Origin: a virus
Lineage: Duplodnaviria > Caudoviricetes
Strand: one strand, 5' to 3'
IMG/VR virus record: IMGVR_UViG_3300038443_002533
Span: 32,001-96,000 of that record
DNA length: 64,000 nt
How positions within the stretch are numbered: the stretch's first letter is position 1; each line of letters opens with the position of its first letter. Below the pieces are notes generated by a model, which saw only the letters and a list, made by a program, of their open reading frames with translations, was not told the DNA's origin and did not search any database. A program made the position numbers and the translations under genes. Positions 17,406 to 27,008 of this stretch are shown here, one piece after another.

Positions 17406-18449
17406 ATGACCAACACTAACCCGAACACGATCACCAGCGCACCCAAAGGCCGCATCCGGTTGTACTGCTGCGGTGGCGCTGCCATCAACATCGTCAGCCA
17501 GCTCAACAAGATCCGCATCAACCCGGACATGCTGGCCAGCTTCGAGCCGGTCCAGATCGACACTGCGGTCTCCAACCTGGGCGACCACACGATCGGCATG
17601 GAAACCTACCTGCTGCCCAAGACCAAGGGCTCGGGTAAAGACCGCACCGAAAACCTGGCGCTGGCACGCGAACATACCAAGCCGATCCTCAAGGCCCACC
17701 CGCCGCTCGATCTGAACATCGTGCTGTCCACGGGCGCCGGCGGCTCCGGCTCGGTCCTGGCACCCTCGATCGTCAGCGAACTCCTGGCCGCAGGTCAACA
17801 GACCATCGTCCTGCTGATCGGGGTGACCGCCTCGCGCCGTGAAATCAACAACACCCGCGGCACGATCAAGAACTACCAGGAAATCGCGGCAGCCCGCAAC
17901 GCCCCGGTGGTGATGAGCTACCTGCAAAACTCATCCAACATGCCGCGTGAAAAGGTCAATGCGCACATGCTGTCGACGATCTCGTACCTCGGCCTGCTGT
18001 TCTCGAACCGCAACAGCGAACTCGATCCGATGGACCTGCGCAACTGGCTGTTCTTCACCAAGCAGGGCATCACCTCGGGCCTGAAGCCGCAACTGTTCAG
18101 CCTGAACATCCTGCTGCGCGATGAGAAGGATGCCCAAGCCGACATGGTGTTCGAAAACGATCTGCACAACCTCGGCAACGTGCTGTCGCTCGCAACGCTG
18201 GCGCGTCAAGGTGTGCACACCGATCTGCCCGATGGCTACCTGCCGGAATACCAGGCAGTGGGCTTTGTGCCGAACCTAGCGGGCAGCACGGCGTTCGAGG
18301 GCACTTCGGTGAACTACCTGATCACCGACGGCCTGGTGCCGACCATCATCGCTGAACTGCGCAATGCTGCCCAGCATCCGCAGCCGGATCAGATCGATGC
18401 GACGGACATGGACGATGACGATGAAGTGAACGCGGTGAGCTTCGCGTAA
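17406..18449 (+). CDS. phuZ: PhuZ tubulin/FtsZ-like spindle protein
   Basis: CGGAAINI, GSGKDR and GAGGSGS tubulin-signature loops; acidic C-terminal tail. Confidence 0.92.
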   Translation: MTNTNPNTITSAPKGRIRLYCCGGAAINIVSQLNKIRINPDMLASFEPVQIDTAVSNLGDHTIGMETYLLPKTKGSGKDRTENLALAREHTKPILKAHPPLDLNIVLSTGAGGSGSVLAPSIVSELLAAGQQTIVLLIGVTASRREINNTRGTIKNYQEIAAARNAPVVMSYLQNSSNMPREKVNAHMLSTISYLGLLFSNRNSELDPMDLRNWLFFTKQGITSGLKPQLFSLNILLRDEKDAQADMVFENDLHNLGNVLSLATLARQGVHTDLPDGYLPEYQAVGFVPNLAGSTAFEGTSVNYLITDGLVPTIIAELRNAAQHPQPDQIDATDMDDDDEVNAVSFA

Positions 18450-18719
18450 TGCGCATCGCCGTCATCGGAGGCGGCTCCGACGGACGGCTAGGGGCCGCCA
18501 TGCTGGCACTACTGGGAGGATCTCTGCACTGCGTAGAGATCATGAGTTCGGTGCAAGAACTGGTGGCCTGGATGCCATCGCTGGTTCTCATCGAAGTTCT
18601 CGGTATCCATCATGGCGGCATTTTCGAAGGGGTCCGCCCAGGATCACTCCTCACGTCTAGCGAAACTGTGTGGCCCGCGCTTTGGGTGTGCGGCAGCTAC
18701 ATCTATTTCTCATGACGAA

Positions 18720-19055
18720 GGTCCCCTGGGTTACCGCCATGCTGCGTGCAGGTAACTTCGGAAATAGATCCTCATCTTTCCCCTAGCCATTCGCTGCGAG
18801 CGATATTAGATGCCTGTCCGGTATCTGTCTGAGTCTGCGTCCTCTGTGCCTGCGATGTGAGGTGCACGACGGGATGATCGGACGTTAAATGAAGTACACT
18901 TGGAGGGGAGTGGATTGAACGAAGGGACGCAGTTTTCTGATTCATGAGTCAGAGAACTGGTCAACATTAGTTATCCCAGGCCCCTCCATTTCCTCCACTT
19001 ACCTAAGGGTTCTCTTACGAGAGCGTTTGGGTAAGTGGGTTAATTTCTTATGCCG
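18720..19055 (+). ncRNA. Candidate structured RNA or structured 3-prime UTR of phuZ
   Basis: Several nested and crossing stems with G-U pairs in a gene-free gap; ends in hairpin + TTATGCC. Confidence 0.35.
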
Positions 19056-19090
19056 CCACCTCGTTTCGGCATTAATTTACCCATCACCGT

Positions 19091-19098
19091 TATATTAC
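19091..19098 (+). promoter_or_regulatory. TATATTAC box upstream of the 19122 operon
   Basis: Exact box, but it lacks the upstream TA-A-rich element seen in the other copies. Confidence 0.45.
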
Positions 19099-19121
19099 GT
19101 AGACCCCTTTAAAGGATCGCC

Positions 19122-19550
19122 ATGCCCTCCAAACGTTCGGTATGGATACTGGACATCCATGACTTTTTGAAGTACTTAGAGACGGCGTTTAGCCAGTTAG
19201 GATCGAAATTCCCGTGGTTACTCGACACCCGCGCCATCGACCAGAATTATCCATGGACTGCGACCCAACGGTTTACCGAACACCGCACCCAGCGTGATGA
19301 ATTGATCGACTGGCTGATCCGTAAGTACTTGGCCGAAATGCATTACATCGACCAGGGCTTGGATGAGTACAGTCCAGAATTCAACGAGGTGCTCGACTAT
19401 TTGTGGGAACATCACGATTATCCGCGCCAGGCGCGCCAATACTTCTGGTTCCCTTTCTTGGTAGGTCATTTGCACGCGCATGCAATCTACCGACAATCGA
19501 TTTGGTTGTATGTGGACCTCACATACAACCCTCATGAACAATTACGCTAA
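19122..19550 (+). CDS. Hypothetical protein (paralogue array upstream of the DNA polymerase)
   Basis: 142 aa; AAAGGA RBS; WILDIHDFL N-terminal motif. Confidence 0.7.
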   Translation: MPSKRSVWILDIHDFLKYLETAFSQLGSKFPWLLDTRAIDQNYPWTATQRFTEHRTQRDELIDWLIRKYLAEMHYIDQGLDEYSPEFNEVLDYLWEHHDYPRQARQYFWFPFLVGHLHAHAIYRQSIWLYVDLTYNPHEQLR

Positions 19551-19552
19551 CC

Positions 19553-20485
19553 ATGCACCAATCTTCTCATCAGTTGGATATCCGGCACTCGTATTTCGCC
19601 GACATCCATGACGTCGCTCACGCCATTCAAACCACCTTGGCGACGGTGCTCCGGGAACCGGATAAAGGCGTTTATCTACCCAACCAGTTGGAACCAGTGA
19701 TGCGGGCAGGGTATCCGTATTGGTATCAGGAAACTGTATTCCTGAATAAAGTGCAGCATGTCGAACGCCCCAATCCTGAACCCGGGATGTATCCAGTCAT
19801 GGAGGAATTGCGTCGCCTGAACAACCAGCCGTGGCAGTATTACCGCTACAACTACATCCGGGTGGAAAACTTCGAACAAGTCTTAACCACACCATTCGAT
19901 GTGGTCGATATGGGATTGGGGTTTGTCGCCCCGTATTACAATCCGCATGATGAGTTTCCGGGATCGGATGCCCAGCCCCGTCGCACTGTGTTACCGCATC
20001 ACCGTGCACACGAGGCCACGCTGACCCCGACCCTCCCTTGGGCCGGGATCCGTATCGCGCACCAAATGATCGAAAACGAAATCAGTTCGACTCGTTATTT
20101 TGGTAACTCTCCTGCTAAAACGCTGGAAGAGATCGCGTTACCGTTCGTGAGTGAAGCGTATCTGCCGCCCACGATTCCGGATAGCGCCAAGATCGACCAC
20201 ATGAGGAGCGATCGGTGGTTTCATCAAGCGTTGAACAACATCTTCGAAAACATGTTGCTGGTGCTCACCCCGATCCGCAATGTGTTGCGTAATAACCCGT
20301 ACCAGATGTGCAGCGTCAATTACAACGATGGCTATCAAATCCGCATCGACCAGTTGGGAGACTACCGTATCCATGAATGGGAGCGGATCGTCAACGATCC
20401 TGACTACCAACAATTCCTCCGGGCTAAAGCCAACGGCACGCTCGCGCAACTCTACCCGGCTGACCCTTCTACCCTCTACCGCTAA
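19553..20485 (+). CDS. Hypothetical protein (paralogue array, long member)
   Basis: 310 aa; YFADIHDVA N-terminal motif. Confidence 0.7.
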   Translation: MHQSSHQLDIRHSYFADIHDVAHAIQTTLATVLREPDKGVYLPNQLEPVMRAGYPYWYQETVFLNKVQHVERPNPEPGMYPVMEELRRLNNQPWQYYRYNYIRVENFEQVLTTPFDVVDMGLGFVAPYYNPHDEFPGSDAQPRRTVLPHHRAHEATLTPTLPWAGIRIAHQMIENEISSTRYFGNSPAKTLEEIALPFVSEAYLPPTIPDSAKIDHMRSDRWFHQALNNIFENMLLVLTPIRNVLRNNPYQMCSVNYNDGYQIRIDQLGDYRIHEWERIVNDPDYQQFLRAKANGTLAQLYPADPSTLYR

Positions 20486-20487
20486 TC

Positions 20488-20871
20488 ATGGTTACTGAAG
20501 CACTGTTTTTGCTCCCGTTTGACCCGGTGCTTCAAGTGATTGAGACCGGGATGCCGCGCTTGCCCGCTCAAGCGCGGTACAATATCGTCGTGCGGGAATT
20601 CATTGGACATTTGCTCGATGAACTCAGCGTGAAGATCTGGGACCGAGATGCGACTGCGCACACGGCACCTGCGGTCTGTTACTTGAAGAAGTGTGGGGTG
20701 GAGGAGTGGTTGGCGGAAACGTTCGCGCAAAACGTCTTCAATGCCATCTTCGACACCGTGGTCAGTTACTTCCCCAACCTGACGTTTCAAGAACTGGCTG
20801 CCGGACGGTTTGTGTTGGAGCCCGATAATGTCACCCTGCTGGTTTATTTGAAACAAGCCGCTTATGCATAA
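20488..20871 (+). CDS. Hypothetical protein (paralogue array)
   Basis: 127 aa, tightly coupled to its neighbours. Confidence 0.65.
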   Translation: MVTEALFLLPFDPVLQVIETGMPRLPAQARYNIVVREFIGHLLDELSVKIWDRDATAHTAPAVCYLKKCGVEEWLAETFAQNVFNAIFDTVVSYFPNLTFQELAAGRFVLEPDNVTLLVYLKQAAYA

Positions 20872-21256
20872 ATACATCGTCGATACCTTTGGGGCGTTTG
20901 AAGACTACCGGGGGTTTGATGAGTTGTTCGATTTCTACCCGAATGGGTTGGCGGGTGTCATCGCCGACTATTTCGAACACCATCTGACCCATCCCCACGA
21001 AGATGCCGCGGACCGCGTGTTTGTGGACCGGATCTTCCAGCTTTACCACGATTCGCAACAATTTCATAGCCTGTATGTCAACGATGTCGAACAACATCAT
21101 GTTGAACTGGCCATCACGACCGCGACGTACTTGATCGGTCGGACTGTGGAAGAATTCATCAAACACCACCGAACGTTGTTGCGGGAATTTAAACTGAACA
21201 GCGCAGCAATAGAACTCGGCACCGAGTGGGGGTATCTGTTGCTCGAAAAACAATAA
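20864..21256 (+). CDS. Hypothetical protein (paralogue array)
   Basis: 130 aa, overlaps the upstream stop. Confidence 0.65.
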   Translation: MHKYIVDTFGAFEDYRGFDELFDFYPNGLAGVIADYFEHHLTHPHEDAADRVFVDRIFQLYHDSQQFHSLYVNDVEQHHVELAITTATYLIGRTVEEFIKHHRTLLREFKLNSAAIELGTEWGYLLLEKQ

Positions 21257-21265
21257 GGAGCGAGA

Positions 21266-21676
21266 ATGGCCGTAGGCGATAATTACACCATCGATTTTTC
21301 GGAGGCCATTGCGATCCTGGAAAAGCAACTGGTCAAAGATGATCTGCCCACGATTGACCTCGATCCGGTCAAGTGGCGCGTCATGGAAATGTTTGAGCAT
21401 GTCGACCCCATGGTGCATTTGGAGCGCATCATCCGGGATATTTTGGCCCACGACTGGCTGTATAGTAAGGTCGAGTTTGTCCACACCACCCCCAGCCGGG
21501 CCAAACGTGAAAAGATTTTGCTGGACCAATACCTGCATGCGTGTTTGCGCCAGTTCGGATTGAACATGTATCGCAAACTTCAAGAACTCGGATTGATCGT
21601 TACCGGCACCGAGCGTTATAAAGTCATCATACAGCCGATGGATTATGAAACTTACACCTTACAACGTACCCGGTAA
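21266..21676 (+). CDS. Hypothetical protein (paralogue array)
   Basis: 136 aa; QFGLNMYRKLQELGL. Confidence 0.7.
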   Translation: MAVGDNYTIDFSEAIAILEKQLVKDDLPTIDLDPVKWRVMEMFEHVDPMVHLERIIRDILAHDWLYSKVEFVHTTPSRAKREKILLDQYLHACLRQFGLNMYRKLQELGLIVTGTERYKVIIQPMDYETYTLQRTR

Positions 21677-22286
21677 CGAACGTATCTATCCGGTTCCTGC
21701 GGTCGCGCCTCAGTACCCGGACTATTACATCCTTAGCATCGGCGACTTGGTCGCGCGGTTCGTGGGTGAATGGGATACGATCATCAACTCGGAAATCATG
21801 TCGCATCCGTTCGAGGGGAATATCGTGTTCCCGGAAGTGTATTCGATCGCGGACGACGGCAGCATCTTCAAACAAGTGTATTCGGCCCAACATGTCTCCG
21901 AACGGAGCCGGGCCTGGCATCCCGATATCAGCCTCATCATCGGGGCGGCGATCGAAGCCATCAAAGCCAAAGGCGAAGCCGAGCACGATTTGGACTTGGC
22001 CTTAGGTACGCTGTGGGTGGATGTGGCGTACATGGCTGATATCCAAGTGCGTTCCAACATCCCCAGCCAACATGTGCCCGCGGCGCTCTCCAGCACGCGG
22101 CGCCAAATCGCCGACCTCGCTATGCAATTCGGGAAGCAACTCTATCAGCGTTTGATTGAGTACGGTATGTACAAACATAACCGCTTCCCCTATCACTACG
22201 TGGGGTGGCAAGATGATTGTGCTATTGTCGCGCTCGACGCTGAGGTTCCTGACCCACCCCCCGGGGTCGACTTCACCATGGAGTGA
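21645..22286 (+). CDS. Hypothetical protein (paralogue array)
   Basis: 213 aa; QFGKQLYQRLIEYGM. Confidence 0.7.
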   Translation: MKLTPYNVPGNERIYPVPAVAPQYPDYYILSIGDLVARFVGEWDTIINSEIMSHPFEGNIVFPEVYSIADDGSIFKQVYSAQHVSERSRAWHPDISLIIGAAIEAIKAKGEAEHDLDLALGTLWVDVAYMADIQVRSNIPSQHVPAALSSTRRQIADLAMQFGKQLYQRLIEYGMYKHNRFPYHYVGWQDDCAIVALDAEVPDPPPGVDFTME

Positions 22287-22289
22287 TTC

Positions 22290-22643
22290 ATGTACGACAT
22301 CACCATCATCGATACCATGGAGATGGTGGAAGAGTTTGAGCGGTCCTTGGGTTACCAAATCTGCCAAGAAGATCGCTTACAACTCTTCCAACAACTTTTC
22401 TGGATTCTCGATACCAATACCCCGCTGGACTTAACCGATCGTAATATCCTAGATTACAACAGTCTTGTTTTCGCCAATCATTTGAGTGTGAACCACGAAG
22501 CCGTGGACAAACTGGCCTACCATTTGATGGTGCGCCTGTGGTCTGAGCTGCAAGCACGTGGTTTCTATATCGACGGTAAATTGATGTATATCCCTTTCTC
22601 CATGCAAGGATGGGATTTATGCATACACCGCTGCAAGAATTAA
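22290..22643 (+). CDS. Hypothetical protein (paralogue array)
   Basis: 117 aa; HLMVRLWSELQARGF. Confidence 0.7.
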   Translation: MYDITIIDTMEMVEEFERSLGYQICQEDRLQLFQQLFWILDTNTPLDLTDRNILDYNSLVFANHLSVNHEAVDKLAYHLMVRLWSELQARGFYIDGKLMYIPFSMQGWDLCIHRCKN

Positions 22644-22664
22644 TTCCCTTCAAATGAGGTTTTC

Positions 22665-23069
22665 ATGGATATCCAAGTCGGTGGTTCGTATTCGTTCAGT
22701 GTGTACCCGGTGGCCGTGCTCGGCACCAATTTCAAAAATGTATTGGTTCAGTCGATTTTGGATGCCGACTCGGCGCAAGCGCTGGGCTTGGATATCTTGG
22801 CGCAACACGCGCTGATTTATCCGAGTCTGCCGAACACCACGGTCAACAACCCGCAGAAGTACCGTTATCTGAAAATCAAGCTGCCTACCGGCTTGAGCCA
22901 GATCATCGCCATGGAATGGATCAATCCCGATACGCTCGAAGCAGTGAATCTGGGACGGTTTACCATTGTGATCGAAAACGAATCGAGCAGCAAACAGGCC
23001 AAAATCCTGGAAGCCTTGGCGGGGAATAACTTTACCGTCAAGTCGATCCAATTCGACGCAGCCTCCTAA
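22665..23069 (+). CDS. Conserved phiKZ-like protein (gp49-like position)
   Basis: 134 aa; GAGG RBS; immediately upstream of the polymerase gene as in phiKZ. Confidence 0.65.
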   Translation: MDIQVGGSYSFSVYPVAVLGTNFKNVLVQSILDADSAQALGLDILAQHALIYPSLPNTTVNNPQKYRYLKIKLPTGLSQIIAMEWINPDTLEAVNLGRFTIVIENESSSKQAKILEALAGNNFTVKSIQFDAAS

Positions 23070-23082
23070 TCCTTTTTTATTC

Positions 23083-23366
23083 GGGATCCTTATTGAATGC
23101 AGCGAGGTGCACACGCCTTGATGCTCTCCGCTTGGGACCTGGCCCAAAGGAGTGAATGATCCTGTATGCGGCAGGGTTAGTTTGTGTGAGAGTGACGCTA
23201 CGCCTTCCATCGAGCTTAAGTGAAGGGGTGGCACGAAGTGGGCGCTTGGGCTGTTCGGGGGCTGTTGATCCCGTCGGTTACTTTCCTCTCCGTTGGTTGA
23301 TCCGGCCGTTGAAGAGCTTTGGCCCCACGCCAGCTTACTGAGAGGGCGTGGCGTCACTCGTTTTTT
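23083..23366 (+). ncRNA. Candidate ncRNA with a roughly 170-nt rod-like domain
   Basis: 18-bp stem (23190-23207 with 23342-23359) with two G-U pairs, then a U6 tract; further internal stems. Confidence 0.5.
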
Positions 23367-23410
23367 GTACCCCATTGCGCGTCATGCGTGATATCCCAAG
23401 TTGTAACTTT

Positions 23411-23458
23411 GACCAGGGGCCTTCGGGCTCCTGGTCCTTTTATGCCGTTTCTTTTTTT
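23411..23458 (+). terminator. UUCG hairpin + TTTTATGCCG + U-tract
   Basis: GACCAGGGGCC-TTCG-GGCTCCTGGTC. Confidence 0.75.
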
Positions 23459-23507
23459 GTATTAGCCGACCTCATCATGTAGTCAAGCTTGCACACTAGG
23501 CCACTCC

Positions 23508-25652
23508 ATGTCCAAAAACAGTCCATTTATTTATCCTGCCGAAGAGTACACCCGCGAGATTGCCCCGATCAAACACGGGATCCATCAACACGCGGTGCAC
23601 CTCCAGATCATGGCCGGGATCCCCTACGAAGAAGCGGTACAGTTCGTCAAGCAACAACTTTCTCCCGGTGGTGAGTTCCCGATTCAAGACCCGAACGCGG
23701 TGTTCCTGGAACGCGATTTCGATACCGGTGACCGGGAAGACGGTGTAGTACCGATGTCGCAATACCTGCGCACGATTCTTCAAGAAGAACAGATCTACGC
23801 CCCGACCTTTACCACCTATCACAATCCCAAGGTACGCCTGTCACCCCTGTCGAAGTTCCAGGACGACAACGTCAAGTCACGCGGTAAAGCGAAGAAGGCG
23901 ATGTTCAAAGCCGAGCAAGAAGAAGGCAAGGACAGCTTTAACTACAACTACTACAGTGGTAAACAAACCACCGAGAAGTTGGCAAACAACGCCGTGTCGG
24001 GCGCGATGGTGAGTGAACACAATCCGCTGCACAACAAAACCGGCCACTCGTCGCTGACCTCGTCGTGCCGTCAAACCTCAGCGTACGGCAATGCCAACAA
24101 CGAACGCTTCCTGGCCAGTAACCGCCATTACTGGTCGTATGACACGGCCCGTAACAACATCGTCTCGATCATTGCCCACACCGACTTGGCGGCCGTGGAA
24201 CGGGTGATGACGCGTTATAACCTGCATTATCCGACCGCTGAAGAAACCTTCAATGTTGTGTACCGCTCGGCCAGCTTGTATTGGAACTCCAAGCCAGCGT
24301 ACGCCAAGATCCGTGACTTGATTGATCATCTCACGCCATTGCAACGTGCTGCCTATGTGTACACGGGCGACATGTACCAACTGAAGGAATTCAACGATGA
24401 TTTTCTACGCACTTTTATGGGACGCCTTATTCAACGGGTGGAAGTACCTGATCCCACTCCCGCCGAGACCATTAAGAAGTGGCCCGAAGACTTCTTCAAC
24501 CTAGCCAAACAACTCCAGCCCGAGATCACCAAGGGCAAGTCGATGGATGAGATCAAGAACGGCGATCCAGTCGGTTATGGGATCGTGGCAGCACAAACCG
24601 AAAACATCGCCAACGTCATGTGGGCGTATGCGGATTTGATCCGGACCTTCTGGGCCACGGACAATGTGCCTGCCTCGATCGCCATGTTCCCGCACAGCTT
24701 GCGCCGGGTGGTGCTGGTGTCCGATACTGACTCGACCATCTTCACCACGCAAGATTGGATTATCTGGTATTGCAAACAAGTCAAGTTCGACACGACCTAC
24801 GACGCGGTGTGCGCCACCATGATATTCTTGGCCTCGCAATCGATCATCCACATCCTGGCTAAAATGTCGGCCAACGTGGGGATTGGACGGGACCACGCCT
24901 TCACGATTGAGATGAAGAATGAATACAAGTTCGACGTGTTTGTTCTGACCCAACTCGGTAAGCACTATTTCGCCCAGATCAGCTGTCAAGAAGGCAACAT
25001 CAAAAAGGAACTCAAGAAAGAAATCAAGGGCGTGCACTTGAAGTCCTCGAATGCGCCCAAGCAGATCGTCCAGATGGCGGAAGACATGATGCTCGACATC
25101 ATGAACACCATCATGGCCAAGGGCACCCTGCAAGCGTATAAGTACGTTAAGCAAGTCGCGGACTTGGAACGTTCGATCATCGCGTCGATTCAGAAAGGTG
25201 AATTCAAGTTCTTGAAGCTCAGCACAGTGAAAGACCCGCAGGCGTATAAGAACGGTGAAGAAACCTCGACGTATAAACAGTACGGCATGTGGAACGATGT
25301 GTTCGGTCAGAAGTATGGTCGGGTCGCACCGCCGCCATACAAAGCCATCTACGTGAGTTTGGAATTGGACAGTAAAACCAAAACCAGCAACTGGTTGGAC
25401 AAGATGCCGGACCAAGAAATCGCTCGTGCCATGCGGCGATGGCTGGAAGAGAATAACCGCGATAAGATCACGTCACTGCAATTGCCGTTGCCGATTGTCT
25501 CGGCAAAAGGCATTCCGGATGAGATCATGTCGGCGGTGGATGTGCGTAAGATTGTCCAAAAAGCAACCGCGATGTTTTATCTCATCTTGGAAACCATTGG
25601 ATTCTACTTCAATCATGATGACTTGAGCCAACTGGCCATGGACTATTATTGA
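23508..25652 (+). CDS. Family-B DNA polymerase, C-terminal polymerase half (phiKZ gp50-like)
   Basis: KLANNAVSG (motif B-like), SDTDS (motif C) and KxY-like KHY; motif A lies in the 58104..59906 gene. Confidence 0.88.
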   Translation: MSKNSPFIYPAEEYTREIAPIKHGIHQHAVHLQIMAGIPYEEAVQFVKQQLSPGGEFPIQDPNAVFLERDFDTGDREDGVVPMSQYLRTILQEEQIYAPTFTTYHNPKVRLSPLSKFQDDNVKSRGKAKKAMFKAEQEEGKDSFNYNYYSGKQTTEKLANNAVSGAMVSEHNPLHNKTGHSSLTSSCRQTSAYGNANNERFLASNRHYWSYDTARNNIVSIIAHTDLAAVERVMTRYNLHYPTAEETFNVVYRSASLYWNSKPAYAKIRDLIDHLTPLQRAAYVYTGDMYQLKEFNDDFLRTFMGRLIQRVEVPDPTPAETIKKWPEDFFNLAKQLQPEITKGKSMDEIKNGDPVGYGIVAAQTENIANVMWAYADLIRTFWATDNVPASIAMFPHSLRRVVLVSDTDSTIFTTQDWIIWYCKQVKFDTTYDAVCATMIFLASQSIIHILAKMSANVGIGRDHAFTIEMKNEYKFDVFVLTQLGKHYFAQISCQEGNIKKELKKEIKGVHLKSSNAPKQIVQMAEDMMLDIMNTIMAKGTLQAYKYVKQVADLERSIIASIQKGEFKFLKLSTVKDPQAYKNGEETSTYKQYGMWNDVFGQKYGRVAPPPYKAIYVSLELDSKTKTSNWLDKMPDQEIARAMRRWLEENNRDKITSLQLPLPIVSAKGIPDEIMSAVDVRKIVQKATAMFYLILETIGFYFNHDDLSQLAMDYY

Positions 25653-25700
25653 CGGCATACCTACCCTCTACCCGCAAGGGTAGGGGGCAGGGATGTCATG
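25653..25700. terminator. Bidirectional hairpin at a convergent junction
   Basis: ACGGCATA foot; CCCTCTACCC-GCAA-GGGTAGGGGG. Confidence 0.7.
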
Positions 25701-25706
25701 CGGGAC

Positions 25707-27008
25707 TTATGCTTCGTGGAAGTTGTTGGTGGCCATTTCGAACAGCGACAGCCAGAACTTGTTGTGGCGTGCCGCCACGTTCAGCAGCTTGCCGGTGGGT
25801 TGGGTTGCCCACTGGGCGTAAGCCGTGGTGAGCGGCATCATCCGTTTGGCGAAAGACGTGCCTTCTTTGTTGTCTTCCTTGATACGTTTGAGCATCGCGT
25901 CACAGGCGTTTTGCACAGCGCCGGCCTTGTCTTCCAGCGCCTTGAACTGATCCGCCTTGAACTTGATCAGTTCGTTGATGAACGCCAGGCGCTCCTTGAC
26001 GTACTCCAGCAGCTTGTCCGGCGTCACGTCCAGTTTCATGCTGACGATCTTGTTGCTGCCGAAGCTGGTGTCTTGGTCGACCGAGAAACGGATCTTCGAG
26101 AGCATGGCGATCTTGGTTTCGACCGATTGGGCTGGATCGGTGATCTTGTCGCTGTAACCGGCGGCCGTGACTTTCATCTGGGCGATTGCTTTGGTTTCCC
26201 ATTTGTCACCCTTGCCCGGATGCAGATCCAGGCGTTTCATGTAATCGGCGAAGTGACGGCTCAGCACATCCACCACTTGACCGATGTCCGACATCTCGTC
26301 ACCGTTGTAGGCGCCGTAGGCTTGAGCCAGGCCATCGCCGATCGGAATCATCAGACCGTGTTGGTTCTTGGTGGTTTCCAGCACGTAGTTGTTGAAGTCT
26401 TGTTCCTGACGCCCCGCGGTATTGAACAGGTCGAGGAAACTTTTGCCACTGTAGTGGAAGATGTCGGTCATCGAGCTGGTGACCATGGCACCGTCGTTGG
26501 CCAGATAACCTTTCATGCCGGACAGCCGTTCGATCAGCTTCTCGGCATGCTTTTTGTTTTGCTCCAGCGTCGAGAAGTACGTGGTCATCCAGTGTTTGAA
26601 GCCGACCCACATGTTCTTGATCGCCGTGACGATCGCGTCCCAGATCGACTTCAGCGTGCTGGCGATACCTTCCACGCTCAGGCCTTCCGGGGTCGGTTCA
26701 CCGCCCTCGGCTGGCATCGGCAGCGAGATCACGTCAGCCGGATCGGCATCGGAGCCGGCCACGGCCATGTCGCCCACGGCTTCGACCAGTTCGGCTTCGA
26801 CTTGACCGCATTGCGGGGTGATGTCCACCACTTGCACGGCGTCGTTGGCCACGTCCGCCACGTCGGTGATGTGATCGGCTGCCGCCGTGGCTTGGTCGAG
26901 CGCTTGGCTGGCTTCGCTGTGTTCGTCCGCCAGGATCGCTTCCTCTTCGACCGACAGGGTCGGGATCGGGGCGGGTTGCGGTGCCGGGGCTTTCAGATGT
27001 CGTTGCAT
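25707..27008 (-). CDS. Internal head / inner-body protein of the phiKZ gp93/gp162-like paralogue family
   Basis: Acidic propeptide with LSVE sites, followed by IASTLKSIWDAIVTAIKNMW; start reassigned to ATG 27008. Confidence 0.7.
   Translation of the reverse strand: MQRHLKAPAPQPAPIPTLSVEEEAILADEHSEASQALDQATAAADHITDVADVANDAVQVVDITPQCGQVEAELVEAVGDMAVAGSDADPADVISLPMPAEGGEPTPEGLSVEGIASTLKSIWDAIVTAIKNMWVGFKHWMTTYFSTLEQNKKHAEKLIERLSGMKGYLANDGAMVTSSMTDIFHYSGKSFLDLFNTAGRQEQDFNNYVLETTKNQHGLMIPIGDGLAQAYGAYNGDEMSDIGQVVDVLSRHFADYMKRLDLHPGKGDKWETKAIAQMKVTAAGYSDKITDPAQSVETKIAMLSKIRFSVDQDTSFGSNKIVSMKLDVTPDKLLEYVKERLAFINELIKFKADQFKALEDKAGAVQNACDAMLKRIKEDNKEGTSFAKRMMPLTTAYAQWATQPTGKLLNVAARHNKFWLSLFEMATNNFHEA

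Noticed and set aside
18449-18715. 88-aa ORF starting MRIAVIGGG, resembling a Rossmann GxGxxG start, coupled to the phuZ stop
   Set aside because: The similarity ends after about 20 residues, there is no clear RBS and the codon style differs from neighbouring genes. It may be real but cannot be supported.
18859-23112. Shared 9-mer GAGGTGCAC in the two candidate ncRNA regions
   Set aside because: About one 9-mer match is expected by chance between regions of 400-600 bp.
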